Assembly (NCBI GenBank): GCA_010909165.1
Contig: MU008164.1
Coordinates: forward strand, 1,116,001 to 1,180,000
Reading direction: 5' to 3'
Length of the DNA: 64,000 nucleotides
Origin: Anthoceros angustus
Taxonomy: Eukaryota > Plantae > Anthocerotophyta
Shown: one piece after another, positions 45,041 to 57,939 of the stretch
Numbering within the stretch: position 1 is the first letter of the stretch
How the letters are laid out: the number at the start of each line of letters is the position of its first letter
Position numbers and translations under genes: made by a program
Notes under the pieces: generated by a model
The model's input: the letters and a program-made list of their open reading frames with translations, nothing else
The model's database searches: none
Told to the model about the DNA's origin: nothing

Positions 45041-46052
45041 CTTCTCTTCTCTACATATGTAATGCTACCTTCTCTCAGAGTGGCTTATGAATGACATGAA
45101 GATTCAAAGCGCAGAACTCGTTTGTCATCAAGTTCGTTGAGTATTGAAAGTGTGAATCCCTTGTTGCTGGCAGCACCATGATAAAAGAAGATATGTATAG
45201 CAGCTTTGTGCTGCCGGCCGGGCTAGCTGGCTGGACTTAGAATGTGTTATGTATGCTTCAAGTTCAGCCATGAGCTCTCGGTCTCACACGACTTCTAGCT
45301 ACATGGACTACATGGATTGAGAACGTGTTATGCTTCAAGTTTTACTATGACCTAGTGGTCTTCGTAGGATGACTATCTAGATGTCCAACTCAACCTTTGT
45401 TATGCTTAAGTTCTACCACGAGGAAGGTGTCCTCTTGTATCTCTTCTCTGTCACCTTTTTGTCGAGGTGGCATATTAATGACCTCAAGATTCGAAGCAAA
45501 AGTAAATACAACTATTATATAATAAGGTAGGTAGTCTCTTAGATATAATTCATGGGTGGTCGATATCCAAGAATAATGTATTAAGAGTAGCTGTCCAAAA
45601 GTAGAATTAGCGCTAAAACGAGAGTCGTTTCGAAGGATATGGGTCGTTGCAAGCTGGTCTGTAAGCCTGTGATTTTTGAAGGGATTGCTTGCCTGCTGAG
45701 GGCGTCTGTTGTGGTTGATGGAATTGGGCGTTTTGAATGGAGGGTTTCAGTACCAGCCTCTTGCACGCAGCTTGGCCTGATTTTGACCCGTACAAGCAGA
45801 ATGGTGGTTTCAATGCACACTATCTGCTTACAACTCATGCAGCAGCGTAGTGTGTGTTGATGAGCAACGCATGCACTGTGCTCATATGTGGGAGCAGGAT
45901 GACGATGACGATGTTGTATCCCTGGAGCTTGATCGGAGTATGAGAGATTCTCCCGTCATTTGGCTCTAACGAGAATGTGTTCCTTCATGAGGAATAAGCA
46001 GCCAAAGAGTTTTTCTCCGTCTCTGAGTTGCTCGCCGGCCAGGCTCTTTCAC

Positions 46053-48056
46053 CTAAATGGCAGAAACGACCAGGGTGGTGATGGATCTTACACTACAGCG
46101 CACAGTAATTATCGGTGTTTCAAAAAACAACCGCGGCAACTCCTCGTGATTGTGGCTCACATTCGTTTGAAAGAGGGCTACTTGCAGAGCTCCAGAACGC
46201 AAGCTAGGAGAGATTGTTGAGACGTCAAACCGAATGTCTTTGTTAGTGTCCGAACTCGGGTTAGTAGCCACCAGCACAACGTTGTCATCTGCAGCATTTC
46301 TGGCAATGACCACAAAACTGTGCTCGGACTTGGGCACAAAGATCTCGAACCCTGGCCGAATCCATCGACTAAAATGCATCACAACAAAGAACTGCTTCTT
46401 GACCTGCACTGTGAAAGGCATGCTCTCATAGTTGAAGGGAGCTTGAATCAGGCCCCAAACCCCTCCACTAGAGTCTTCTAAAGCTTGCCAGTAACACCAG
46501 GCAGATGGTTGAAGCTCATTCAGATCCAAAGTTAGATGTCTAGCTACTCCCAGAGCTACCTCCATTTCATCCCCGCTCCAGTTCAATGGTCCGTACTCAG
46601 ACATCCAAAGCTTCTTGCCCAGTTCGTATACGACCTCCCTAACCTGGAAGAGTTGTCAATTTGTGAGAATTTAAACAGATGCATAAGGCATTTTCAAACA
46701 GTAGAAAATTACAGACCTGGGTGCGATTTGCCTCCTCCTCTCTTGACACATTGTTGATGTAGCTGTGTACGTTTACTTGCTGTATAGTGGCTAGTGCCTC
46801 TTCTCCCATGGTTTCGAGTATACCAACAGTATCTTTCATCCATGCATCGAATCCTGATACCTTTGTTGACAGGCCCTTTTCTCTCAAAAGATGCTGCACA
46901 TGAAGAGTCACCTGAACCAGATAGTGCGATCGTCAGAATCCGACAAAAAACAGGACCAAAAGCAACACACAATGCCGTAGTTTCTCACGTTCTCAAGTCC
47001 CTTCAGTGAGAAGTTGCAGCCCTCCTGACTTTGCTTCTTCCGATCAATGTACCACCAGCCCTCTACTGGCTCGTTGAAAGGTTCTAAGGAGTCGAACTCG
47101 ATCCCCCATGCATCTCGATAGTGCTGGACAACTTCAGTCAAGTAATCTCCAAATGCCTCGTAATAAAGAGGATTCAAATTCTCTTGCCCCCACAACTTGT
47201 TCCCTGTGGCACACCTCAGGGATGAGTAACAGTGGGCCCACAAGAGCCGACAAGCATCAAGATGGTCTTCTCTCAGACAAGCGAATATTGACAATGCCTT
47301 GCAGCATCTAGTGTAAGCCTTCGTACCTGTCACTGAGCCACTGTAGGTCATCCAAAACGGAGGGGAGTTGGAAAATGCCTCTACGACATCCACTCCTCGC
47401 TTGACCGCTCCCAGCAGCACGTTCCTCTGGCGCTCATCCGCTGACCAATTGAAAGACCCCCCTGGTCTGTCCTGGAAGCCAGGAACGTCAGCGAAGGGCC
47501 GGAAGTTTACATCAAACGATCGATTCGCACCTCCACCGATATTGTACCGAGCTAGGTTAAGACCTAGACCCTTCTCAGCATCAAACAGGAGATCTAGTAT
47601 GTAGTCCAAATCATCTTGCGGCAAACCCCCTGCAAAGTTTGCCCACCTGCACATCGGGCTCGATTAGAGACAGTTGAATACATCCAGCAAAGTAACAAAT
47701 AAAAAAATAACGAAGTCTCACCAGCAAAGCGAAGTACCCCAACCCTCCCACGTCACGCCTGGGCTAGAAGAAACCTCCATCACCCCATCGACGAACTCTT
47801 CCTGTAACTCAACCACGGCCCCGTCAAAGTTGGTATCAGCTCGGGCTTTGGGGGGGCTCCCTGCTTCCTTCGCATCTCCGGCATTCTTGGCCTGGCAAGG
47901 AAGCTCCAAGGGGCACGGCTCCGTAGACCAAGTTCTGCTAACCTCTAGAAGGCTTCCAGCTGATAATGCAGACAGAGCAGAGACCTTGAGAGGAACCGCT
48001 CCTAAATGGCAACATACAAACAATAGCAGGAACACTCCACTGCCATGCTGCGCCAT
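46053..48056 (-). CDS. GH30 (subfamily 5-like) endo-beta-1,6-galactanase, copy A, intact, 5 exons, 551 aa
   Basis: Exons 48056-47722, 47646-47327, 47203-46989, 46911-46717 and 46643-46053 total 1656 nt in one frame with GT-AG introns. Motifs WEGWGTSLCWWAN, GLGLNLARYNIG, FSNSPPFWMT, acid/base FNEP and nucleophile LWMSEYG; hydrophobic N-terminus. Confidence 0.85.
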
Positions 48057-48625
48057 CCTCCTGAATGCTTCAAGCTACAAACGTGCTCTAAGCTTTTTAA
48101 CATATGTATGCATGTATGAATCTGTAGATCTTGTGAAAGATCTTTCAATCTCTCTTCCATATCTTCCTTCCATGCATCTCTGCTACTTGAGAAACTGCAA
48201 CAAACTTCACCTAATGCCTTGAGAAACTTGCATGCATGCATTTGATGCCATGCATTTGAGGAAGCAATGCAGCTGGGCAAGAAATATGCAGCAGCATAGT
48301 GCTGGTGGTCACACATAGTGATAGCGAAGTTTTTTCTTGGCTAGGAGCGAAAGCTAGCTTTTTGCCGTGCTCAGAAGGAGCAAGATCACAAGATCCATCT
48401 AAGATTCACGTCTGCGGTGAGGTGCAGAACCATGGTGTTCATGATGACGTAACTGTTGGCGAATTCCAATTTCAAGTGCATGATGTGCCGAGATGACGAT
48501 GTTGTATCCCTGGAGCTTGATCAGATTGCGAGAGTGATTTGCATTATTTTGCTCCAAGGAGATTGTGTCCCGAATAAGCAGCCAAAGAATCTGTTCATCT
48601 TCAAAGTGTTCACCGCAATCCATCT

Positions 48626-50653
48626 CTAAGTTGCCCGCCTGGCAGGCCTCTTCACCTCAACGGCAGAAACGACCAGGGTGGTAATGGATCTTACATTACA
48701 GCGCACGGTAATTATCGATGTTTCAAAAAATAACCGCGGCAACTCTTCGTGATTGTGGTTCACATCCGTTTGAAAGAGGGCTACTTGAAGAGCTCCAGAG
48801 CGCATGCTGGAAGAGATTGTTGAGACGTCAAACCGAATGTCTTTGTTAGTTTCAGAGCTCGGGTTAGTAGCCACCAGCACAACGCTGTCACCTGCAGTAT
48901 TTCTGGCAATGACAACGAAACTGTGCTCGGACTTGGGCACAAAGATCTCGAACCCTGGCCGAATCCATCGGCTGAAATGCATCACAGCAAAGAACTGCTT
49001 CTTGACCTGCACCGTGACAGGCAAGCTCTCATAGTTGAAGGGAGCTTGAATCAGGCCCCAAACCCCTCCACCAGGGTCTTCTAAAGCTTGCCAGTAACAC
49101 CAGGCAGATGGTTGAAGCTCATTCAGATCCAAAGTTAGATGTCTAGCTACTCCCAGAGCTACCTCCATTTCATCCCCCCTCCAGTTCAATGGTCCGTATT
49201 CAGACATCCAAAGCTTCTTACCAAGTTTGCGTACCACCTCTCTAACCTGGAACAGTTGTCAATTGTGAGATTTTCAACAGATGCATAAGGCATTTTCAAA
49301 CAGTCAAAAATACAGACCTGGGTGCGATTTGCCTCCTCTTCTCTTGACACATTGTTGATGTAGCTGTGTACGTTTACTTGCTGTATAGTGGCTAGTGCCT
49401 CATCTCCCATGGTTTTGAGTATACCGAGAGTATTCTTCGTCCATGCATCGAATCCGACACCTTTGTTGACAGGCCCTTTTCTCTCAAAAGCTGCTGCACA
49501 CGAAGAGTCACCTGAACCAGAGATAGCTATCGTCAGAATCCGACCAAAGAACAGGACCCAAAGAAACACACAATGGCGTCGTTTCTCACCTTCTCAAGTG
49601 CCTTCCTGAGAAGTTGCAGCCTCCTGACTCTGCTTCTTCCGATCAATGTACCACCAGCCCTCTACTGGCTCGTTGAAAGGTGCTAAGGAGCCGAACTCGA
49701 TTCCCCATGCATCTCGATAGTGCATGACCACTTCAGTTAAGTAATCTCCGAATGCCTCGTAATAAAGAGGATTCAGATTCTCTTGCCCCCACCACTTGTT
49801 CCCTGTGGCATACCTCAGGGATGAGTAACAGTGGGCCTACAAGAGCCAACAAGCATCAAGATGGTCTTCTCTCAGACAAGCGAATATTGACAATGCCTTG
49901 CAGCATCTAGTGAAAGCCTTCGAACCTGTCACAGAACCACTGTAGGTCATCCAATATGGAGGGGAGTTGGAAAATGCCTCTACGACATCCACTCCTCGCT
50001 TGACCGCTCCCAGCAGTACCTTCCTCTGGCGCTCATCCGCTGACCAATTGAAAGACCCCCTGGTCTGTCCTGGAAGCCAGGAACATCACCGAAAGGCCGC
50101 AAGTTTACATCAAACGATCGATTCGCACCTCCACCGATATTGTACCGAGCTAGGTTAAGACCTAGACCCTTCTCAGCATCAAACAGGAGATCTAGTATGT
50201 AGTCCAAATCATCTTGCGGCAAACCCCCTGCAAAGTTTGCCCACCTGCACATCGGGCTCGATTAGAGACAGTTGAATACATCCAGCAAAGTAACAAATAA
50301 AAAAATAACGAAGTCTCACCAGCAAAGCGAAGTACCCCAACCCTCCCACGTCACGCCTGGGCTAGAAGAAACCTCCATCACCCCATCGACGAACTCTTCC
50401 TGTAACTCAACCACGGCCCCGTCAAAGTTGGTATCAGCTCGGGCTTTGGGGGGGCTCCCTGCTTCCTTCGCATCTCCGGCATTCTTGGCCTGGCAAGGAA
50501 GCTCCAAGGGCACGGCTCCGTAGACCAAGTTCTGCTAACCTCTAGAAGGCTTCCAGCTGATAATGCAGACAGAGCAGAGACCTTGAGAGGAACCGCTCCT
50601 AAATGGCAACATACAAACAATAGCAGGAACACTCCACTGCCATGCTGCGCCAT
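48626..50653 (-). pseudogene. GH30 middle copy: mosaic of copy A 5' part and copy B 3' part, with homopolymer frameshifts; may be an assembly artefact
   Basis: From 50115 onward it matches copy A (47517 onward); below about 50110 it mostly matches copy B. 1-nt losses in G and C runs (CCAAGGGCAC vs CCAAGGGGCAC; five C vs six C in GACCCCC). Confidence 0.7.
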
Positions 50654-51216
50654 CCTCCTGAATGCTTCAAGCTACAAACGTGCTCTAAGCTTTTAACATA
50701 TGTATGCATGTATGAATCTGTAGATCTTGTGAAAGATCTTTCAATCTCTTCCATATCTTCCTTCCATGCATCTCTGCTACTTGAGAAACTGCAACAAACT
50801 TCACCTAATGCCTTGAGAAACTTGCATGCATGCATTTGATGCCATGCATTTGAGGAAGCAATGCAGCTGGGCAATATGCAGCAGCATAGTGCTGGTGGTC
50901 ACACATAGTGATAGCGAAGTTTTTTCTTGGCTAGGAGCGAAAGCTAGCTTTTTGCCGTGCTCAGAAGGAGCAAGATCACAAGATCCATCTAAGATTCACG
51001 TCTGCGGTGAGGTGCAGAACCATGGTGTTCATGATGACGTAACTGTTGGCGAATTCCAATTTCAAGTGCATGATGTGCCGAGATGACGATGTTGTATCCC
51101 TGGAGCTTGATCAGATTGCGAGAGTGATTTGCATTATTTTGCTCCAAGGAGATTGTGTCCCGAAATAAGCAGCCAAAGAATCTGTTCATCTTCAAAGTGT
51201 TCACCGCAATCCATCT

Positions 51217-53157
51217 CTAAGTTGCCCGCCTGGCAGGCCTCTTCACCTCAACGGCAGAAACGACCAGGGTGGTAATGGATCTTACATTACAGCGCACGGT
51301 AATTATCGATGTTTCAAAAAATAACCGCGGCAACTCTTCGTGATTGTGGTTCACATCCGTTTGAAAGAGGGCTACTTGAAGAGCTCCAGAGCGCATGCTG
51401 GAAGAGATTGTTGAGACGTCAAACCGAATGTCTTTGTTAGTTTCAGAGCTCAGGTTAGCCACCAGCACAACGCTGTCACCTGCAGTATTTCTGGCAATGA
51501 CAACGAAACTGTGCTCGGACTTGGGCACAAGATCTCGAACCCTGGCTGAATCCATCGGCTGAAATGCATCACAGCAAAGAACTGCTTCTTGACCTGCACC
51601 GTGACAGGCAAGCTCTCATAGTTGAAGGAGCTTGAATCAGGCCCCAACCCTCCACCAGGGTCTTCTAAAGCTTGCCAGTAACACCAGGCAGATGGTTGAA
51701 GCTCATTCAGATCCAAAGTTAGATGTCTAGCTACTCCCAGAGCTACCTCCATTTCATCCCCCCTCCAGTTCAATGGTCCGTATTCAGACATCCAAAGCTT
51801 CTTACCAAGTTTGCGTACCACCTCTCTAACCTGGAACAGTTGTCAATTGTGAGATTTTCAACAGATGCATAAGGCATTTTCAAACAGTCAAAAAATACAG
51901 ACCTGGGTGCGATTTGCCTCCTCTTCTCTTGACACATTGTTGATGTAGCTGTGTACGTTTACTTGCTGTATAGTGGCTAGTGCCTCATCTCCCATGGTTT
52001 TGAGTATACCGAGAGTATTCTTCGTCCATGCATCGAATCCCGACACCTTTGTTGACAGGCCCTTTTCTCTCAAAAGCTGCTGCACACGAAGAGTCACCTG
52101 AACCAGAGATAGCTATCGTCAGAATCCGACCAAAGAACAGGACCCAAAGAAACACACAATGGCGTCGTTTCTCACCTTCTCAAGTGCCTTCCCTGAGAAG
52201 TTGCAGCCCTCCTGACTCTGCTTCTTCCGATCAATGTACCACCAGCCCTCTACTGGCTCGTTGAAAGGTGCTAAGGAGCCGAACTCGATTCCCCATGCAT
52301 CTCGATAGTGCATGACCACTTCAGTTAAGTAATCTCCGAATGCCTCGTAATAAAGAGGATTCAGATTCTCTTGCCCCCACCACTTGTTCCCTGTGGCATA
52401 CCTCAGGGATGAGTAACAGTGGGCCTACAAGAGCCAACAACCAAGCAATCCCGAATAAGATGTCTATTCTCACACAGGTGAATATTGACAATGCCTTGCA
52501 GCATCTAGTGAAAGCCTTCGAACCTGTCACAGAACCACTGTAGGTCATCCAATATGGAGGGGAGTTGGAAAATGCCTCTACGACATCCACTCCTCGCTTG
52601 ACCGCTCCCAGCAGTACCTTCCTCTGGCGCTCATCCGCTGACCAATTGAAAGACCCCCCTGGTCTGTCCTGGAAGCCAGGAACATCACCGAAAGGCCGCA
52701 AGTTTACATCAAAAGACCGATCCGCACCTCCACCTATGTTGTACCGTGCTATGTTAAGACCCAGACCCTTCTTAGCATCAAACAGGAGATCGAGTATGTA
52801 GTCCATATCATCTTGCGGCAAACCACCTGCAAAGTTTGCCCACCTGTACATCGGGCTCGATTACGAACAGTTGAATACATCCAGCAATACAACAAATCAA
52901 AGCACAACGAAACCTGGTATTACCAGCAAAGAGAAGTACCCCAACCCTCCCACATCACGCCTGTGCTAGAAGAAATCTCCATCACCACATCGATGAACTC
53001 TTCCTGCACCTCAACCATAGCCCCATCAAAATTGGTGTCACGTCTCCGCATACCAAGTTCTGCTAACCTGTAGAGGCCTTCCAGCTGATAATGCAGACAG
53101 AGCAGAAACCTTGAGAGGAACCGGGGCCCAGAACTGTATCCAGCTCCGCAAAGACAT
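51217..53157 (-). pseudogene. GH30 copy B; exon-1 frameshift, so either a pseudogene or a leaderless form starting at ATG 53051
   Basis: Same exon layout and catalytic motifs as copy A. Leader frame MSLRSW...RTWYAET* stops just before DTNFDG because of a ~77-nt deletion relative to A. Last exon has homopolymer deletions absent from the near-identical exon at 48626-49246. Confidence 0.65.
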
Positions 53158-54182
53158 CCAAGATCTCGGTTTCGAGATTTGCTCCGTGGTGCCTTCCAAG
53201 GCCCTTCTCGCAGATGTGTGATTGTCACCTTGAAGTGCCCGCAAATTCTGCACTGTGTCTTGCTCCCCAGTATTCCCATCACAGCGTGCCAGAGACACAT
53301 GACGAAATGCACAGGTCGGGCACAATGGGCGCGACCCGAGAAGGCCCGGCATCCTCAGCTGGCATGGTGGAAGCGATCTCGTGTCGAAAACGCAAACTGC
53401 TAAGCTTGGGGGACATTCAAAGTGCATCTCTTTCCTTGTTGGCTGCTCGACCTGGACCGTTCAGTTCCGGAATACGACCACCCACTAACATCGCAAAGCC
53501 ATTTCGACTGTCTACATATGAAAGAAAGCAGCGAAGCGGATGAAGCAGAGGCAGCGTTTTCCTTGGATTGCCTCAATCAGAGCTCGCCATGTCGATGCAT
53601 GTGACCTGGTCTACAGCCAACAAGTGGCCTCGTTTCTGCACGCCGCGTGTGAATCCTGTCAACAAGGCAGAATTAGGCCCTACGTTTCCGAGCCTGCCAA
53701 GCCTCAGCTTCGGAATTCATGACGGCTCGGGGGCCGGCTCGTGACCAGGCTCGGTACCTGGGCTGAGAGGCAGTATTGTCGCAGAAGCATGCCGAGGAGG
53801 CTGGGGTTTGCTGCTGGCCGTGTGGTCAAGCTCCCGCGTTTCTGAGCCTCGAATGTGGCGGCCGGTTGTGACGGGATCGTGCGCGCGAGCGGCGAAATTC
53901 GTACAGGATTGAACAGCTTTCACACGGCTTGCTTTGGATTTGTGACTTGCACCGGAGCCTCAGGAATTGGATCCAAAAGTGGAGCAGCGGGAATTCAAGC
54001 TGGATTTTTTTGGTTAAGCTGTTTTGCGGCTCTACCTTGTTGCACGCGGGAGCTAGCTGAAGGAATGCGACCTGGCAAGAACCGGGCTGGGCAAGTAGCT
54101 GAAATCGGCAGAGGTGGGATTGGAGGTGAAGGTTGCGGAGGAGTTGGAGCTCTGGATTGAGATAACTTGAAAGCAAGAAGAC

Positions 54183-55617
54183 ATGGATTGGAGCAATGTG
54201 ACGCTGGATGAGCTGGTGGATGCGCTGCAAGAGGTGGAGTGGTCGTCACCTCCCCGGCCCTTAGCAGAGTTTTTCGCAAAGTTCACGGTGCCGAAGTCTC
54301 GATCCAAATGGGAGGGGCGTCTCAAGTGTAACTTCTACTAGTAAGTGGATGGTGCATGTTTCTGTGCGAGTGGTATGTTGCATGTCCTGCTGATCCGGTT
54401 GTCTTCATGGTTTGCTGAGTTTGCCGAATTAGCGGAGTTCTTGTCCTGCCAGACTTTAGGATAGAGCGACGTAACCTCGGTTTGTGGATACAAAACCCTA
54501 GATCCTTAGACCGATGTGGATGGGTAGTTGGTTATATTCGCGTGAGGATTTCGGAGATGGTTTTTATGGAGCTTGTGGCTTTTGCAGTTACCGAACAAAT
54601 TACTTCATCTTAATCGCCTTAATTCTTGGTGAGCTTTCTGGGAAGTTGCCTCACGTGCAGTGCTTGGAAGAGTAGGCTGCTATCATGCATTGTCACTTGT
54701 ACATTTGTTTCACAAGGCAAGAATGATGCGTTGTCTTCGGAGTTAATATTATGTTCGGGTTGCAGGAATTGGTTTTGTGCGGAATCCACTGGCACTGTTA
54801 GCTGTTTTTGTTGCTGGCCTTAGTGTTGCATGCCTCAATGACAGGTGTGCACTAACCTGCTTAGACTTCTGAAAAGGCCTGCTTCGTTCAGCCAGCAGTA
54901 CGTTGGAAGTTTCTCTTCCTCAATGATTGTGTATGCTTTTGCAGCTTTGCCGAGTCTCTCAGTGAAAAGCTTACACGGGGTGTAAGGCGAATATCACCTC
55001 CATTGGCAGCGAAATTGAGGCCACCTGTAACGTAAGCACCGTACAATCGGAAGCAGAATGGTTCTGCGAATTAGAGCTGCGGAACTAGTTCTGGAAACTG
55101 TCAGTTGTGAACAAACTGGTTCCCCAGCCACAATGATCTGATAGTTGCTGGGTTAACTGCAGGCCAGGAGTTCGGCGTCGACCCTCTAAAGGGATAGTTT
55201 ACATCTGTGGGAAAGACCGCCGTATTATTGTAGGTGGACTAACTTCTGGTAAGCTGATGCACCCATGTGAGTTTCTCTGTTGTCGACAATAAGTACATTG
55301 CTGCTTCCATGGCTCACTGTAAATGTGGGACTCTGCAGTGAGCGTTGTGGTATGGTTCCTGACTGGAGCGTACGTGACTGTTCTAGGAGCTGCATCCTTC
55401 GGCATCGTCTGTCAGTACCAATTTTAGTGCTGGCTCGCTTGTCCTTGTCACGAGAGGATTGTGTCACAATCCTTTTCAGGCGTCATTCTAATTGGTGTTT
55501 CTTCTCGTGGCAGTGTCTGGTCTCCATGCAAGTTTCCGCACTCCAAATCTGAAGGCCAGACTCAATTCTGTGCGTGAAGAATTCAAAGCTGTGTGGAGGG
55601 GGTACAGTGATGCATAG
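54183..55617 (+). CDS. PRA1.A: Prenylated Rab acceptor family protein, PRA1.A type, 7 exons
   Basis: Exons 54183-54340, 54588-54628, 54766-54844, 54945-55031, 55163-55248, 55339-55410 and 55514-55617 give MDWSNVTLDELVDALQEVEWSSPPRPL...RLKCNFYYYRTNY...HASFRTPNLKARLNSVREEFKAVWRGYSDA*. Confidence 0.92.
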
Positions 55618-55954
55618 TTAGGACTATCGCATGTAATCTTAGTAGGGCAATGATGCTTGTACTTCACCTATCCTTGCTCGCAACCCTGCCCTACTGTGGG
55701 AAGGCTGAGCTTCAGGTGTAATGTCTCCGGGAGGCCATTGTCCGATTGGTTGGGATGAGGGGTTTAGGACATGACATTTTTGGTGGTCCTCGAGTACGGC
55801 TCGGTGGTCAGACGTATTCAAAACCAGTTCTGTTTGTTCAGTCATGTTGGAACACTTGGCACTGTTTCCAGGATGACACTCTGCTGTACCAATGGCCTCA
55901 TGCTTGGGGTCTCTAAGTAGTATTCACATTATTGAACTGATCTGGCTGTTGAAT

Positions 55955-56868
55955 TTACTCGTGCATGTAGATGCGAGAGCCAATGTCTGTAACAAGCCAG
56001 TCGAATCCTTCCAACAAGCCATGTCCAGTCATGGCGCTGCATCCCAGTATATGCCAGTGTCTGGTGTTATCCATCAACTCCAGCCTTAGAACCTGCAGAA
56101 CAAACTCAGATTTTGGTGCTTGCTCAAGACTAAGCAGCAGGATTAGCTGCCCCCTCCGCCCCACCTTTCGGTTAGTAAGCATCTCATCAGGTCGTACCTT
56201 GGCAATCTCCTCCACTGTGAGTGCCCCGCCAATATCTTGCTTGTTCGCCAGAATAAGGAGGGAAGCTCCTGTAAGTCTCTGCACATATTGCACGGAAACT
56301 TGCATTCTTACTAAAACTTCCTCTTGTGCTTTTGATGTTTGCATTGCGAGCTATCAAGTGGAAAAATAACCTCCTCCTTTAGCAGAGAATGGAGCTCATT
56401 TCTGCAGTCATCCAGCCTCCTGAGGTCCGAGCTATCCACCACCCACACCATCCCATCTGTCTGCTCGTAGTAGTTCCTCCAGTAGGCTCGCAGAGTCTTC
56501 TGCCCCCCGACATCCCAGATATTGAGCTTGTAGCTGCAGTTTGAAAATTTCCCCCACCCAATTACTCTCTGCCGCACATTATACAATATGCCCGGAAGGT
56601 GCGGAATCCTCACTTTTTGTACTGCATGGTCTTGATGTTGAATCCCAGAGTCGGGCTGATGCTGCTCGCGTCCTCGCCGTTGATCCTTTTGACAATCGTG
56701 GTCTTGCCCGCGTTGTCCAAACCCCTGCATCAGAATCGCATTGTGAGCTTCGGAGCTTGACAAGGCCAGACTCAGGCACAGGAGGGCCCTGGCACTTGCT
56801 TACACCATCAGAATGCGCATCTCCTTTTCCTTCTTCTTCACCTTCCTGATGATCGTCAGCAGCCCCAT
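55955..56868 (-). CDS. ARL2: ADP-ribosylation factor-like GTPase 2 (TITAN5 type), 5 exons
   Basis: [22 protein letters not shown]|GLDNAGKTT...|[27 protein letters not shown]...|...LANKQD...|...[14 protein letters not shown] with GT-AG introns. Confidence 0.95.
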
Positions 56869-56987
56869 TTGATACTAATTAGCCCGCCCGCGAACACGTC
56901 AGAACAGGATCGCCAGCCGGAGCGGCAAGCATTGCTGGGCACAGAGCTGGCGGATGCAAGTCTTGAAAGCTCGCAACAATGGTAGAC

Positions 56988-57031
56988 GGCCCAACTGAAA
57001 GGAACTGTCGGTTGAGTCGCGATTAGGGTTT
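56988..57031. promoter_or_regulatory. Site II (GGCCCA) plus telo-box (ATTAGGGTTT) pair in the divergent ARL2/PPR promoter
   Basis: GGCCCA at 56988-56993 and the reverse complement of AAACCCTAAT at 57022-57031. This combination is known from plant housekeeping promoters; function is not shown here. Confidence 0.45.
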
Positions 57032-57939
57032 AAATCTTGGGACAGTTCCATGGAGGCAGAATGGCATCACGCGTCTCTGATCTGTCAAAGCTGTTGGTAA
57101 GTTTGTGACTTCGCTCGGCTTTTGAAGTGACTTTTGTCATGCAACTTAGCAGCTGATCTTGTGCTGTCAGAATGCAGGCTCCAAGAGAGGCCGGCAGCTC
57201 GTAGATTCCAGCTGCTTCATGGCCAAAGGTGTGCCAGGGGGAAGGGGGCGGTCTTGTCGTGGTCAAGAGCTCTTGCAATGGCCTTGGGCCGGTTTGACTG
57301 TTCTGGTAAAAGGATGCAATCAGAGGATGGGTCTTGTTGCTTTTGCACAAGGTCGGCCATTCTCAGCTCTTGCGAGCTCAGCAGTAGAGGACGGTATGTC
57401 TGCTGTGGATTCCGGCTGAGCAGTCATTTTGCACGGATTGTCAATCCAGATGGAAGATATGACGGTGTCTGATGGTGTTTAGTATCAGGAGATGAGCCTT
57501 GCCCCAAGGGTGAAAGGCGGTGGCACAATTACTTTATGAATCCTCATCTGTGGTGGGACAACAGGGCAGTAAAGGTACTTTGCACGTCGCCTGGCGCTAT
57601 TCAGTGGTTTCAGTGAATTGGTGCCTTTGTTACATTTTTGTTTGGTTGTTGCAGAAGAGCTCAACCGATCCCGACTTCCAGCACAGGACTACAGGGGAAG
57701 CTCTGTGGGTTGAAAGTCCGTGGACACCCGCTTGGGTACGTCCAAAGTTAGCCAAAGTCTGGCTCAATGGTTGGTCCCTAGCTCCTGGGCTGGCCTCTTT
57801 CCGAGCAGAGCCTGATGTAGGAGTACAATACCCATCTAGTGCCTCTTTGAAGTCTGCAAGGTATACAGGCAGGGCTGAACTGGTCTCACACAGTCTGGTC
57901 CGGTTGGAAGGTTTCTAGTTCTTGTTTGCAGCAGCATCA

